Shown in pieces: positions 17,682-28,700 of a stretch of DNA of 64,000 nt. A program made the translations under genes and the position numbers. Below the pieces are notes generated by a model that was not told the DNA's origin, searched no databases, and saw only the letters and a program-made list of their open reading frames with translations. Position 1 is the first letter of the stretch. Each line of letters starts with the position of its first letter. The stretch covers positions 220,742-284,741 of the forward strand of contig MFQZ01000001.1 in NCBI GenBank assembly GCA_001784435.1. Reading direction: 5' to 3'. Source of the stretch: Candidatus Magasanikbacteria bacterium RIFOXYC2_FULL_42_28. Lineage in GTDB: Bacteria > Patescibacteriota > Patescibacteriia > Magasanikbacterales > GWA2-37-8.

Positions 17682-18842
17682 TTAAGTTTTTTTTAGTATT
17701 TTTATTCCCGGTAAAATTTTCCCAGATAAATATTCCAACATCGCCCCCCCGCCGGTTGAAACTAAATCAATCTCACCGGCTAATTTTAATTTTTCTAAAA
17801 TTTCAATGGTTTCGCCGCCACCCGCTACGCCAAACGCTTGGCCTTTGGAGCGTGCCGCGAATAACCGCGCGAGCGAATAGGTGCCATATTGATAGGGGTG
17901 TTGTTCAAACCGTCCCATCGCTCCATTCCAAATTAAAGTTTTCGCTTTTTTTATATACTGACTGAATAATTTTACTGTCGCTGGACCGATGTCAAAAATC
18001 CCTTCATTTTTGGATAATTTTAATGGCTTGAGCAAAGATACAATTCTGGCTTTTGTGCCATTGGCACACCCAACGACCACATCCACCGGCATTATTATTT
18101 TTTTATGTGCACCCAATCGCTTCATCAATTTGATATAATCTTTATCAATTAACGACGCACCCAATTGATGCCCATGTCCGGCTAAATAGGTATTAACTAT
18201 CCCGCCCCCGACTAAAATATAATCGGCCTTAGTTAAAAAATTTTGTAAAATGGGAATCTTGGTCTCAATTTTCGCTCCGCCTAAAATTAATACGAGTGGT
18301 TTTTTGGCTTTGGCAGTCGCGTGCTCTAACCCTTCAATTTCTGCGCTTATCAGTAGTCCGGCGTAAGCAGGCAAATATTTGGCCACGCCTGATACTGAAG
18401 CGGACGCCCGATGCGCCACGGCAAAACCGTCTAAAACAAACAGGTCGGCAAGCCCAGCCAATTGCTTTGATAGTATTATACCACATTTTTCTTCTTCCGG
18501 AAAGAAACGGATGTTTTCTAGAAGGACAAGACGCGCACCACTGTCATCCCGACGAAAGTCGGGATCTCTGTCCAGTCGCACTTTCTCTCCCAACAATTTT
18601 TCCAAACACTTTGCCACCGGCGCCAAAGATAATTTTTTATCAACTCCTTTTGGCCGGCCCAAGTGCGACACCAAAATCACCCGCGCGCCTTTGCTTAATA
18701 AATATTTTATCGTCGGCAAACTTTTAATAATTTTAAAATCTTCTTTTACTTTCCCCTTTTCAACCGGCACATTAAAATCCACCCGCACTAAAACGCGTTT
18801 GTCTTTCAAATTTTTTACTTCGGTAATTTTACGCAAACGCAT
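17682..18842 (-). CDS. pgk: Phosphoglycerate kinase with an in-frame repeat
   Basis: RVDFNVP, SHLGRP, LLENIRF and VSTGGGA motifs. Confidence 0.97.
   Translation of the reverse strand: MRLRKITEVKNLKDKRVLVRVDFNVPVEKGKVKEDFKIIKSLPTIKYLLSKGARVILVSHLGRPKGVDKKLSLAPVAKCLEKLLGEKVRLDRDPDFRRDDSGARLVLLENIRFFPEEEKCGIILSKQLAGLADLFVLDGFAVAHRASASVSGVAKYLPAYAGLLISAEIEGLEHATAKAKKPLVLILGGAKIETKIPILQNFLTKADYILVGGGIVNTYLAGHGHQLGASLIDKDYIKLMKRLGAHKKIIMPVDVVVGCANGTKARIVSLLKPLKLSKNEGIFDIGPATVKLFSQYIKKAKTLIWNGAMGRFEQHPYQYGTYSLARLFAARSKGQAFGVAGGGETIEILEKLKLAGEIDLVSTGGGAMLEYLSGKILPGIKILKKT
18542..18572 (+). repeat. Family A element, in frame in pgk (DRDPDFRRDD)
   Basis: TGTCATCCCGACGAAAGTCGGGATCTCTGTC. Confidence 0.93.
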
Positions 18843-18853
18843 AATTGGCTATT

Positions 18854-18886
18854 TTTGAAATTGGAAATTGGAAATTTGACATTTCG
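18854..18886. repeat. Family B tract upstream of pgk
   Basis: TTTGAAA TTGGAAA TTGGAAA TTTGACA TTTCG. Confidence 0.85.
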
Positions 18887-18903
18887 CCAATATATTATAC
18901 CAT

Positions 18904-19932
18904 TTATTCCGCCAACTCGCCATATCCCGCATCCTCCGGCCAAACATAATTCGCGAGCGCCCACACTCCCAAATCGCGTGCTTCGGTAAAACGAGTTTCA
19001 TTGGTGGTGGCGCCTAAAACTACCACGCGCACTCCCCGCCCGCTCGCATCACCTAATTTTACCGCAAAATTATAACCCGACTCGCCAATATATCCGGTCT
19101 TGCCGGCAATCTGATCGTTATCAAATTTATGCGGAATCCAGCCGGTCAAAAGCCAATCCGTGCTCCAAACACGCGTCGGTTTTTTGGCTCCCACTGATTG
19201 AGCGTAATATTCCGGCGTTTGCAAAGCGCGATAAATTTTATCCTCGCGCAACGCAAATTTTAATAACCGCGCGATATCCCGGCTGTTGCCAACATTGCCC
19301 GCATCTAATCCGGTCGGGTCGGTAAAACGCAAAGAATCCAACCGCCAAATTTTTGCTTTCGCATTCATCCGCGCCACAAATTCCGTTTTGGTCAGTCCGG
19401 TTAAACGCGCGAGCGCGTTCACCGCGCCGTTAGAAGATCCAACCAACGCTAAATTCCAAAGTTCAGTCGCCGTATATTTCTCGCCCGCAGTAGCGACACG
19501 GCTCCCAACGGCCTCATCATCGCTAAATTCCGCTGTGGCCTGCCAATCAAATTTTCTTTCTAAAATAACGAGCACGCTCATTAATTTTGTGATACTCGCG
19601 AGCGCACGCACCGCGTCCGGATTTTTAGAAAATAATTCCGTGTCCGTGCGATTGTCCACTACCAAAACCGCTTCGGCTGTTAGTGGTAAATTAAAATCTT
19701 TTTTATCGGGCTTGACCAAAGGCACAAGCGGATGGCTCACTGGTAAGACCGCTGGTTTTATATCGCCACCTACAAGCAAAGTTTGACGTGGTGTTAATTT
19801 TGGCAATTCTGGCGGTGTCACCACATTCGGCACAATCGAAACCGTACTAAAAAAAAGTCCGCCTATCCCCAAAAAGGCAAGCGAAAAAGAAAAAAATCCG
19901 TCTTTTAAATTGGAATTATTTTCAGGTGTCAT
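18904..19932 (-). CDS. D-alanyl-D-alanine carboxypeptidase/endopeptidase (peptidase S11)
   Basis: ASITK (SxxK), SSN (SxN) and KTG motifs; N-terminal TM. Confidence 0.9.
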   Translation of the reverse strand: MTPENNSNLKDGFFSFSLAFLGIGGLFFSTVSIVPNVVTPPELPKLTPRQTLLVGGDIKPAVLPVSHPLVPLVKPDKKDFNLPLTAEAVLVVDNRTDTELFSKNPDAVRALASITKLMSVLVILERKFDWQATAEFSDDEAVGSRVATAGEKYTATELWNLALVGSSNGAVNALARLTGLTKTEFVARMNAKAKIWRLDSLRFTDPTGLDAGNVGNSRDIARLLKFALREDKIYRALQTPEYYAQSVGAKKPTRVWSTDWLLTGWIPHKFDNDQIAGKTGYIGESGYNFAVKLGDASGRGVRVVVLGATTNETRFTEARDLGVWALANYVWPEDAGYGELAE

Positions 19933-19934
19933 AA

Positions 19935-20477
19935 TTATACGGTCGGTTGCGTCGCGCGCGCGGCCGTCAGATACTCGTGATTATGCAAAGTCGCATAATC
20001 CGGCAATTCATGTAAAGAATTTAATCCTAAGCGGCGCAAATAATCCATCGTCACTTCGTAAGTTGGTAATAAATTAGTCGCATCATCGCGCTCTTTCACC
20101 AGTCCCCGCATCATTAAATTACGCAAAATCAAAGCGCAATTCACACCGCGAATTTGTTCTAATTCCGGTTTGGTTATCGGCCCGCAATACGAAATCACGG
20201 TTAGAGTTTCTAATTGCGGGCGAGTTAATTCCCCCGACACTTCGGCTTTGATAAAATTTTCCGCCACCGTTTGATTATCCGGACTCGCAACCATTTGGTA
20301 TTCATCATTATTTTCCACAATCACCACGCCAGAATTTTCCACATTATATTTTGCGCGCAATTCAGTGACAACAGTCAAAACTTCTTCAGCCGAAACATTT
20401 AATGCCTTGGCTAATTTTTTAACGCCAAGCGGTTTAGACGCTACGAATAGGATTGATTCTAATTGAGAGACAAGCAT
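19935..20477 (-). CDS. scpB: Segregation and condensation protein B
   Basis: LESILF, LETLTVISY and IRGVN motifs. Confidence 0.93.
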   Translation of the reverse strand: MLVSQLESILFVASKPLGVKKLAKALNVSAEEVLTVVTELRAKYNVENSGVVIVENNDEYQMVASPDNQTVAENFIKAEVSGELTRPQLETLTVISYCGPITKPELEQIRGVNCALILRNLMMRGLVKERDDATNLLPTYEVTMDYLRRLGLNSLHELPDYATLHNHEYLTAARATQPTV

Positions 20478-20486
20478 AAAATAAAA

Positions 20487-21179
20487 TTAAATTTTTACAA
20501 TTTCCATATCGCCAAACGCGCTCGTCTGTCGCGCCGACGCTTTGGCTTCTTTTAATAAATCTAACACCGCCAAAAATGTCACTATTACATCGGTGCGACT
20601 TTCGGCTTTTTCTAAAACACTTCTAAAATTAAAACTTTTGTGCGTTTTTAAAATTTCCCACAGTGCGACTACTCTTTCTTTTACGGATAATCCCCTGTCA
20701 ATTTGCACACGTGGCAGTGGATTAATCGGTTTCAAACGCGTTAACAATTTTTCAAACGACGCGCGCAAATCTTCTATTTTTGCATTCGCCGGTAAAACAA
20801 ATTCTTTTAATTTAATTGGCGGTTCAACGCGACCATACGCCACTCTGCCTTCATTCCATTTACCTTCAATAATTTTACTCGCCTCCACATATTGGCGATA
20901 CAATTTTAATTGGTCAGCGAGGTTAGGGCCGTCATCTTCTTCGGGATATAAATATGGCAGTAAAGTGCGTGATTTTAAATATACCAATTTTGTGGCGACA
21001 ACTAAAAAATCCGCCAACTGCTCGGAACGCTCGCCGTCTAATTTATCCAAGTATTTAATAAACTGCTCGGTCACTTGCGAAAGAGAAACTTCGGTAATAT
21101 TTAATTTCTCCTCGTCAATTAATTGGAGGAGTAAATCTAACGGCCCTTCAAATTTTTCTAGTTTTAGTTCGTGGATCAT
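20487..21179 (-). CDS. scpA: Segregation and condensation protein A
   Basis: FEGPLDLLL and VTFLAVLDL motifs. Confidence 0.93.
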   Translation of the reverse strand: MIHELKLEKFEGPLDLLLQLIDEEKLNITEVSLSQVTEQFIKYLDKLDGERSEQLADFLVVATKLVYLKSRTLLPYLYPEEDDGPNLADQLKLYRQYVEASKIIEGKWNEGRVAYGRVEPPIKLKEFVLPANAKIEDLRASFEKLLTRLKPINPLPRVQIDRGLSVKERVVALWEILKTHKSFNFRSVLEKAESRTDVIVTFLAVLDLLKEAKASARQTSAFGDMEIVKI

Positions 21180-21189
21180 AATAGTTAAC

Positions 21190-21292
21190 TGTCATCCCGA
21201 GCGTAGCCGAGGGATCCCTTAATGTTGACATTGTTTTTGATGTTGACTATAAGGGATTCCTCCGCTCCCTGCGACGGTCGGTCGGAATGACA
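21190..21292. repeat. Family A inverted doublet, intergenic (aspS-scpA)
   Basis: TGTCATCCCGAGCGTAGCCGAGGGATCCCTTA...TAAGGGATTCCTCCGCTCCCTGCGACGGTCGGTCGGAATGACA. Confidence 0.92.
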
Positions 21293-21299
21293 AGTGATA

Positions 21300-22649
21300 T
21301 TACTGTTTATACTCCGGCGGAGAAATTTGTAAATCTATTCTATTTAAATCACGCGGAAATAGGGTAGCGTATTTTACATTATCAATTTCCAGCAAGCGCG
21401 CTGTCAAACGCTCTAATCCCAAACCAAATCCGCCTTCTGGGGGCATACCGTATTTAAACGCTTCCAAATAAAATTTAAAATCCTCCGGATTCAATCCTTT
21501 ATTTTCCATACTTTTAACAAGCGCATTGTAATCGTTGTGACGCTGTCCGCCGGAAGTAATTTCAATTCCACGAAACAACAAATCAAAACTTTTGGTAAAT
21601 TCCGGATTTTTTTCATCAGGATACGTATACATCGGACGCTTGGAGGTCGGATAATGTGTGACAAAAATAAAATCAGAATTAAAGATGGTTTTAGCATATT
21701 CACCAAGCCATTTTTCTTCACTTGGTTCCAAATCCGGCTCGCTAATGTGATCTACGCCGGTTTTTTCTTTGATTAATTGCTGAACTTCGCGCAAAGTCAT
21801 AAACGGAACTTTTTCCGGCAAGAGTGGGCGCGCATATTTCCATATTTTTAATTCACTGGAAACGGTCGCATCCAAATGATTTAAAATGTGGCGCATCATT
21901 GCCATTTCCAAATCCATCACATCATGGTGATCGGTAATCATCCCCATTTCCAAATCCAATCCGGTAAATTCATTCAAGTGGCGCGTGGTGGCGTGCTGTT
22001 CCGCGCGAAAACAATTTCCCACCGCGAATACGCGTTCAAAAACTCCGACCATAATTTGCTTATAAAATTGCGGACTTTGCGCGAGAGTCGCTTTATTTTT
22101 TAAATATGATACTTCAAACACATCGGCTCCACCCTCGGCCGCGGCCGCCACAATTTTAGGCGCTTGAATTTCGGTAAAACCTTGCGTATTTAAATAATCA
22201 CGAAAGCCACGGACAATTTCCGCTTGAATTTTAAACACCGCGCGATATTTATCCGCACGCAAAGTCAAAGGTAAATAATCCAAATGCACATCCATGCCAA
22301 TTTTTTCATCTTCCAAATCCAACGGCAATGGCTCGGCCTCGGCTAAAACTTTTAACTCCTTGGCTAAAACTTCCACCATCCCAGTCGGCATTTCCGGATT
22401 TTGTTGTTTGGCGCCACGCGCGTTTACGACACCGCGAATTTCCACGACCCATTCCGGGCGCACGGTTTTTAATTTTTCTTGACTCGCTTCGTCCAATTCT
22501 GCCGGCACGCCGACAACCTGAACAATTCCAGCGCGGTCGCGCAAATCCAAAAATACGATTTTTCCCATGTTGCGGCGGGCATTGACCCAGCCTTTTAGTG
22601 TTACCTCTTGGCCGATTTTGTTATTGGTTTCTACAGATAATGTTCTCAT
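21300..22649 (-). CDS. aspS: Aspartate--tRNA ligase, short (archaeal-type, likely non-discriminating)
   Basis: FLDLRD, LAQSPQFYKQ, FRAE...RHLNEF, GGFGLGLER and FPRD; 449 aa with no GAD insert. Confidence 0.92.
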   Translation of the reverse strand: MRTLSVETNNKIGQEVTLKGWVNARRNMGKIVFLDLRDRAGIVQVVGVPAELDEASQEKLKTVRPEWVVEIRGVVNARGAKQQNPEMPTGMVEVLAKELKVLAEAEPLPLDLEDEKIGMDVHLDYLPLTLRADKYRAVFKIQAEIVRGFRDYLNTQGFTEIQAPKIVAAAAEGGADVFEVSYLKNKATLAQSPQFYKQIMVGVFERVFAVGNCFRAEQHATTRHLNEFTGLDLEMGMITDHHDVMDLEMAMMRHILNHLDATVSSELKIWKYARPLLPEKVPFMTLREVQQLIKEKTGVDHISEPDLEPSEEKWLGEYAKTIFNSDFIFVTHYPTSKRPMYTYPDEKNPEFTKSFDLLFRGIEITSGGQRHNDYNALVKSMENKGLNPEDFKFYLEAFKYGMPPEGGFGLGLERLTARLLEIDNVKYATLFPRDLNRIDLQISPPEYKQ

Positions 22650-22651
22650 AT

Positions 22652-23233
22652 TTAATTTTTTCTTGATTTCATTATTAATTTTTTAAACATTTGATAATTT
22701 TCTTCTGTTTCTTTTTTACAAATATCAAGCGATAATATTTTATGTTTTTCGTCAATTTTTGATTCCATAAACTGTAAATTTTTATCCAAATCTTCCGAAT
22801 CACGTTTCCCCAATAATGTCATATACGCAAAAAATCCCCTGGCGCTTAAAAATCGATAGCAATCGGCATTGGCACAGATTTCTGCTTCTAGACAGCTAAA
22901 AGGAACTGCGCCGTGGTGCGCTTCTATGCAATTTATTACTTTATTTTTTAAATCATCGTCAACTCGTAATTCTGATAGCCACTCACTACCCCATTTAGAA
23001 CTCATTGCCACATGGTCTTGAATTTTGCCTTCTTTTAAGGCCTGGCCCAATTTACAATCCATCAAATAACAACCGGCCTTTACAATATTAACGTCGACAC
23101 CTAATTTTTCCGCTAATTCTATCCCCTTTTGTTCGGAAATTACAAAATGTTCTGGAATTGGCGTACCATATTTTTCCGTCTCCGCCCAGGCTAATTGTCT
23201 TAATTTTTGTAAAACTTCTTCACTCAAAGACAT
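22652..23233 (-). CDS. HD-like domain protein (HD dyad reads MD)
   Basis: H...YLMD...DH...IEAHHG...ANADC pattern. Confidence 0.65.
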   Translation of the reverse strand: MSLSEEVLQKLRQLAWAETEKYGTPIPEHFVISEQKGIELAEKLGVDVNIVKAGCYLMDCKLGQALKEGKIQDHVAMSSKWGSEWLSELRVDDDLKNKVINCIEAHHGAVPFSCLEAEICANADCYRFLSARGFFAYMTLLGKRDSEDLDKNLQFMESKIDEKHKILSLDICKKETEENYQMFKKLIMKSRKN

Positions 23234-23244
23234 ATTGATTTAAA

Positions 23245-23598
23245 TCATGGTATCTTATTTCTCGCCGCCATTGCAAACTCAAAAAAATATTTTTCCATTT
23301 TTTCCGGTGTGTCGCCATATTGCCTGTCGCCATAAAAAGTGTCAGCTAACACCTCACGCGCCCGACAAATTTCTTTCAATTTCGGACCATGCCAACGAAT
23401 ATCCGCAATTGTTAAATCTAGCAATTCAAAACCACGCTCAAGCGCTTTATCGCGCATTTCCCGCATCCCTTTTACCTCCCATTTAGCCGCCCGGCCAACT
23501 TCACTGCCAACATTGCCTAACTGTTCGCACAGCGTCAAAGTTTGCCATTTGCCAGTCGCTTGGTCAGCGTGAATAAAATCTGCCATATCAATCAACAA
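23245..23598 (-). CDS. Hypothetical helical protein
   Basis: EQLGNVGSEVGRA; start either 23598 (TTG) or the ATG 12 nt downstream. Confidence 0.75.
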   Translation of the reverse strand: MLIDMADFIHADQATGKWQTLTLCEQLGNVGSEVGRAAKWEVKGMREMRDKALERGFELLDLTIADIRWHGPKLKEICRAREVLADTFYGDRQYGDTPEKMEKYFFEFAMAARNKIP

Positions 23599-23938
23599 TT
23601 AATTTACCAACCAATGCCAAAATCTGCTCACGAATTTGCTCATCTTCCACACTACGCGAACGATTATTTTGACGCGGACGAATATTTATCATTGAATCGA
23701 ATTCAATCCTATCCGCAACCGGCAAATCCGGATAAATATTTATCCCCCACAAATCATTTTGCTTAGAACCATCTTCTAATAATAATTGCTCTTCATCAGC
23801 GTGCATTTCCCCGCCCAAAGCCATTTTTCCACGCGACAAATCAACCACAATCTTAACCATATCACCCATTCTTTGGCTGGCGATTTCTTTTATTTTTGCT
23901 ATGGTAATTGGTTGATCAGTAATCAATATTTCACTCAT
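23588..23938 (-). CDS. Conserved hypothetical protein (DUF5674-like)
   Basis: MVKIVVD, GGEMHADEE, GSKQNDLWGIN and INIRPRQNN; ATG 23938 preferred. Confidence 0.75.
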   Translation of the reverse strand: MSEILITDQPITIAKIKEIASQRMGDMVKIVVDLSRGKMALGGEMHADEEQLLLEDGSKQNDLWGINIYPDLPVADRIEFDSMINIRPRQNNRSRSVEDEQIREQILALVGKLIVD

Positions 23939-23948
23939 ATTTTTATAA

Positions 23949-24467
23949 TTATTTCCACCACCGCGGTAAGATATCAGAACATATCTGCCATCTTTCCACG
24001 TCAATTAAATCACGGTGATTGCGTAAAATAAATGGGAGATTTCGAACGCGCGATCCCGGATATATGCCAACAATTTTACCATTCGCGTCGGCAATCGTAA
24101 TTACACGTTCTTTTCCCGAAGCCACATCGGCAATCGATAAATCAATATTACCATCTAACATCTGAGCCTGTCTATATGCCGAAATCCAACCACCTAAACA
24201 ATCAATAAAATATCCACCGATACCACACATCGCGCCGATACAAAATGACTCATCGCCAAAAGCCCGAACATAAAAACTGGAAATTGGGACGTGATCGTCC
24301 GGTGGCGCCCAACCGGTAGATTCTCCCGCCTTTTCAAAGGTATTCATGCCTAATATTATCCCTTTATAACTTCTAACACCAAATGGATAACGCCAAGCTA
24401 CAACAATAACCACAGTCGTAATAACCACTGCTAATATTATAATAATTTTTTTATGATTGAATTTCAT
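23949..24467 (-). CDS. Membrane-anchored or secreted hypothetical protein with 4 Cys
   Basis: MKFNHKK followed by a hydrophobic anchor; ATG one base after the stop of the upstream fragment. Confidence 0.75.
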   Translation of the reverse strand: MKFNHKKIIIILAVVITTVVIVVAWRYPFGVRSYKGIILGMNTFEKAGESTGWAPPDDHVPISSFYVRAFGDESFCIGAMCGIGGYFIDCLGGWISAYRQAQMLDGNIDLSIADVASGKERVITIADANGKIVGIYPGSRVRNLPFILRNHRDLIDVERWQICSDILPRWWK

Positions 24468-24468
24468 A

Positions 24469-24627
24469 TCATTCAACAACCTCTAATACCCCAACACTTT
24501 GACTGTCGCCCTTGCGCGCTTTGACCAACATATCATAAATTTCACCCCATTTCTTTTGATCTAACACCGTAATACAACCCAAAGAATGTCGGCCAGTATG
24601 AATATAACGCTCACCACTATGCCAATG
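24469..24627 (-). pseudogene. 3' fragment of an L,D-transpeptidase-fold (YkuD/Tlde1-like) gene
   Basis: Hand translation HWHSGERYIHTGRHSLGCITVLDQKKWGEIYDMLVKARKGDSQSVGVLEVVE*; no ATG before the motif; abuts the gap stop. Confidence 0.6.
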
Positions 24628-24628
24628 A

Positions 24629-25624
24629 TTAACCAAACAACTCCGCCATTTCTATCATGCGATGGGCGTAGCCACATTCATTATCATACCATGCCACCAC
24701 TTTTACCAAATTGCCACCGACGACATTCGTAAGCGCGCTATCCACAATTGCCGAGTAAGTATTGCCGACATAATCAGACGACACTAGTGGCTCTGATGAT
24801 ACTGCCAATACACCAGCAAAACGCGCGGTTTGCGAAGCGGCCAATAACGCCAAATTAACTTCTTCTTTGGTCACATTTTTTTTCAAAACCGCGGTAATAT
24901 CGGACAAGGAACAAGTTGGTACTGGCACACGAAACGCTACGCCATCAAAAATTCCTTTTAAATTTGCCTTTGCTTCCCCCACAGCTTTGGCTGCACCAGT
25001 AGAAGTCGGCACGATATTTTCCGCGGCCGCGCGCGCCCGGCGCAAGTCCTTGTGCGGACCGTCTTGTAAATTTTGGTCGGCGGTGTAACCGTGCACCGTG
25101 CTCATCAAAGCTTTTTCAATGCCAAATTTTTCGTCTAATACGGCCATTACCGGGCCAATACAATTAGTAGTGCAAGAAGCGTTGTTAATTACACGAGATT
25201 TTTCCTGGCTAACCTTGCCACAATTTACCGCGCGGACATAGGTCGGGACATCGGCGCCTTTAGCCGGAGCGGAAATTATTACTTTGCCGGCACCGGCGGT
25301 CAAATGCGCCGAAGCGGAAATTTTATCGGTAAATCGGCCAGTGCATTCCAGAACTATATCTACTTTTAATTTTTTCCATGGCAACATCGCCGGATCTTTT
25401 TCCGCAAACACCGGAATTTTTTTACCCTTAACAATTAAATTTTTTTCATCATACGAAACTTCCACCTCCCATTTTCCATAGGCAGTATCATATTGCAAAA
25501 GATGCGCCAAAGTTTTCGTATCGGTCAAATCATTAACCGCGACAACTTTAACATTTTTACGACCCCAAGCGGCTTTAAACGCCTGGCGACCGATACGACC
25601 GAAGCCGTTGATTGCGATGTTCAT
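24629..25624 (-). CDS. gap: Glyceraldehyde-3-phosphate dehydrogenase, type I
   Basis: INGFGRIGR, ASCTTNC and WYDNE motifs. Confidence 0.98.
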   Translation of the reverse strand: MNIAINGFGRIGRQAFKAAWGRKNVKVVAVNDLTDTKTLAHLLQYDTAYGKWEVEVSYDEKNLIVKGKKIPVFAEKDPAMLPWKKLKVDIVLECTGRFTDKISASAHLTAGAGKVIISAPAKGADVPTYVRAVNCGKVSQEKSRVINNASCTTNCIGPVMAVLDEKFGIEKALMSTVHGYTADQNLQDGPHKDLRRARAAAENIVPTSTGAAKAVGEAKANLKGIFDGVAFRVPVPTCSLSDITAVLKKNVTKEEVNLALLAASQTARFAGVLAVSSEPLVSSDYVGNTYSAIVDSALTNVVGGNLVKVVAWYDNECGYAHRMIEMAELFG

Positions 25625-25647
25625 AGATAATAATTAGAAATAAGATA

Positions 25648-25678
25648 GACAGAGATCCCGATTTTCATCGGGATGACA
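25648..25678 (-). repeat. Family A element upstream of gap
   Basis: Identical to the 31-mer inside argS (3090-3120). Confidence 0.95.
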
Positions 25679-25704
25679 GATATATTTTACCTCATCATTA
25701 AAAC

Positions 25705-25737
25705 AAAAACAAGGGCGTTATTAGTACCCTTGTTTTT
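25705..25737. terminator. Terminator after the giant surface protein gene
   Basis: AAAAACAAGGG / CCCTTGTTTTT. Confidence 0.75.
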
Positions 25738-25749
25738 AAGTTATTTATT

Positions 25750-28700
25750 CTACCTTGCGTTCAACGCCGCTCGCGTGGCCGGACCCAAATGGCCAGGATA
25801 TGGCTTCAAATCCTTAGCTTTTTGGAATTTAACCACCGCCGCTTTGGTAACCGCGCCATAGTAACCGGTGATGGTTGGGTAAGTGAAATAACCTAAATCT
25901 TTCAACACTTGCTGTAATTGTTTCACTTCTTCACCAGTCGCGCCCATTCCCAAATACTTGGTAAATTTGTAGCCCGAGGACACAACTGGTGCTGGTGTTG
26001 TGACAATCGGCGCCGATCCATTTAATTTTTCACAAGTGGCCGTATTCAACTTACCATTTATCGGCAAGCCCTTGGCCTTTTGATAAGCGCTTACCGCTTT
26101 TGCTGTCACCGCACCGTAATAACCGGTGTTAGAAGGGTAAGTAAAATATCCTAATTCTTTCAAATGCGCCTGTAAATCTTTGACCGCGTTACCTCGCGCG
26201 CCCGGATTTAGATTGCCTTTACACCTGATGATGGTAACTGCTGGTGTTACTACGACGGCGACCGGTTGAGTTGTGGTCGACACAACTACTGGTGGTGGCG
26301 TCGTAGTTACCGGGGAAATCAAAGTGATCGTATCTGACACGGCATTGGAGACATTTCCAGAATCGTCGCGGAATTTAGCGTATACGGTCTTGACACCGTC
26401 GCCCACAGCCAATACCCACGCTTTCGTCGTAGAATATGTCGTCCAGACGCCACCAGCAAATGCGCTATCATTAGCAACCATCATATGCGATGCGCCAGTC
26501 GCGGCTAAAGCCAGATTAACGCTTGTAGTCGCGATAGAAGTCGCGCCGTCCGCTATTACAACTGAAGTGTTGGTCGGTGGAGTGGTGTCAGATGAACCGC
26601 CGCCACCGCCACTCGATGCTGAATCATTATCAGTGATAGCAACGGTAATATCGTTAATTACTAAACCATTATAATCTGAATCATCACTTGTTACCGCGTG
26701 AGTAATGGTGGTGCTATGTGACCCCTCAACCGTGCTATCATCGGTAGCGGTAACGATTATTGATTGAGGTGTGGCATAATTGCCCGAAGTAAATGTCAAA
26801 CTGGACGGCGACCGAGTGGCCTGACTGGCGATTGATGGGGTAATTACCACATTGGCTGTGGGCTCGCTAGTCAAAACATAACTTACCGTGTCGGTGGTTC
26901 CACCTTCGGTAACTGCGGTCACCTCATCTGATTGAGTAACAGTAATACCGGCACTACCTTGTGTATAAGTAATCACGAAATCCGTAAAGTGGCTGGTCAA
27001 ACCGGTGATAGTATTATTAGCCGTATCAATGGTAAACCCGCCCTCTACCGGCACATAATCGCCTTTTTCTGGAGAGTAATAAGCTAATTTCAAATCTGAT
27101 TCCGAAACCCCTTCCGGCAAATCAGCCAATAAACTGGCGTAATCGATTTGAATTTCCGCGTTGCCGGATAAAGTTTTAATACTGGAATCTCCGGTAGCGT
27201 TGATACTGAAGTTGGCGTTACCCAACGCTTGATAGTTAGCGGTATCAGGAGCGTTATAACTCTTTTCAAAATTTAAGGTAACATCGCCCGAACCGGTTTC
27301 CAACACGCCCGCGCCGGCTGTTAATTTAAGCCCGGTGCCGGAACTATCATTCACCGAACCACCGGCCGAAGCGGTCAAAATCCCCGAGGTAGAAGTAGCA
27401 ACATTACTAGCATCGGCAGTCAAAACGAAACTGGCAATTTCATCACCGCCACTTACGATAACCGCGCCACCACTATTAGTAGTTTCAGTATGACTCTCAC
27501 CCACACCTTTAAGGGTCCAAGTACCGGTGGCAACAGCCAAAGAATACGAACCATCAGCATTAACCGGAGCCGTAACTACGGTACCGGAAGCATTGGTCGC
27601 CCAGACATAACCCTCATCCATAGCCACGCCGGCTGAACTGCTCACCGTGCCGGAAATAGTGTAAGGCGCGCTTGTAAGGGCGGCTTGGCCATCGTTGTCC
27701 GTGCCACCTTCACTCGTGCCAAAATCATACCCAGCAGTACTAGTGGCGAACTCTACACTGGTATCTTTAGTAGGCAAATATCCGGCCAAAGAATCACTCA
27801 CGCTGTAATCACCGGCTTTTAATTGCGCGCTATATTGTCCGTTGGAATCAGTCGTTGCCGTAATCGTGCTACTGGCATTGGTAAAGGTGATAAGAGCGCC
27901 GGATTTGGCGTTACCACTGTCATCATAAACCGTACCGGTAACAGTAAGCAGAGTGGCACCACTTAAATTAATGGCAACTTCCGCTTCACCCTCTAAGAAA
28001 TTTAAAATCGTACCGGTAAACTTACCAATACCAAAAACATCGGCAAAATAAGTGTAGGTCGCACTATCATTTGGAACTGATATGGTGGTGGCGGAATCCA
28101 AACCGTTAATTTGTTTGGCGATTTTTTTATTTTTATCAGCGTTATTTTTTAATTCAATAAACGCGTCCATATCAGCGGCACCACCCGTAAAGGTGAAAAT
28201 AACAGAGCCATTGCTAACTGTTAAATTTTTAGTAGTATTAGCGGCAACTGTTACTGTGTCGCTTAACTCTCCATAAGTGGAACTCCAAGAACCAACCCGA
28301 TAGGTCCCGGCACCGACTTTGACTGAATAATCACCGGCACTATCAGTAGAGCCACCGACTCGGATACCGGCCGGAGCTGGACGATTGTTATCCGCGTCCC
28401 ACTCTTCAATAAATATCGGGGCATTGGCAATATCAGCAACATTACCACTTAAAGTATAACAAGTTGAAACCGACGGAGTAATATTTTGGCTGGATTGATT
28501 GGCGCCACTAACCGTAACGGATTTGGAGAAAGAGCCACAGGTGTCTGATTTACTCGGCGGTAATTGCGCCCGCACGGTCCAAGTGCCATTATCAACAAAC
28601 AAAGTATAACTACCGTCCGAAGAGGTCATACCAAAGACACTGGTACCACTCGCGCTCACTGCTGAAATGGGGGCGTAGCCAATAGCGCTATTGTTGCCGT

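Noticed and set aside
20542-21222. Long antisense ORFs (226 aa here; also 18379, 19286, 35437, 39868, 43686, 56432 and others)
   Set aside because: They are shadows of well-supported genes on the opposite strand and have no motifs of their own.
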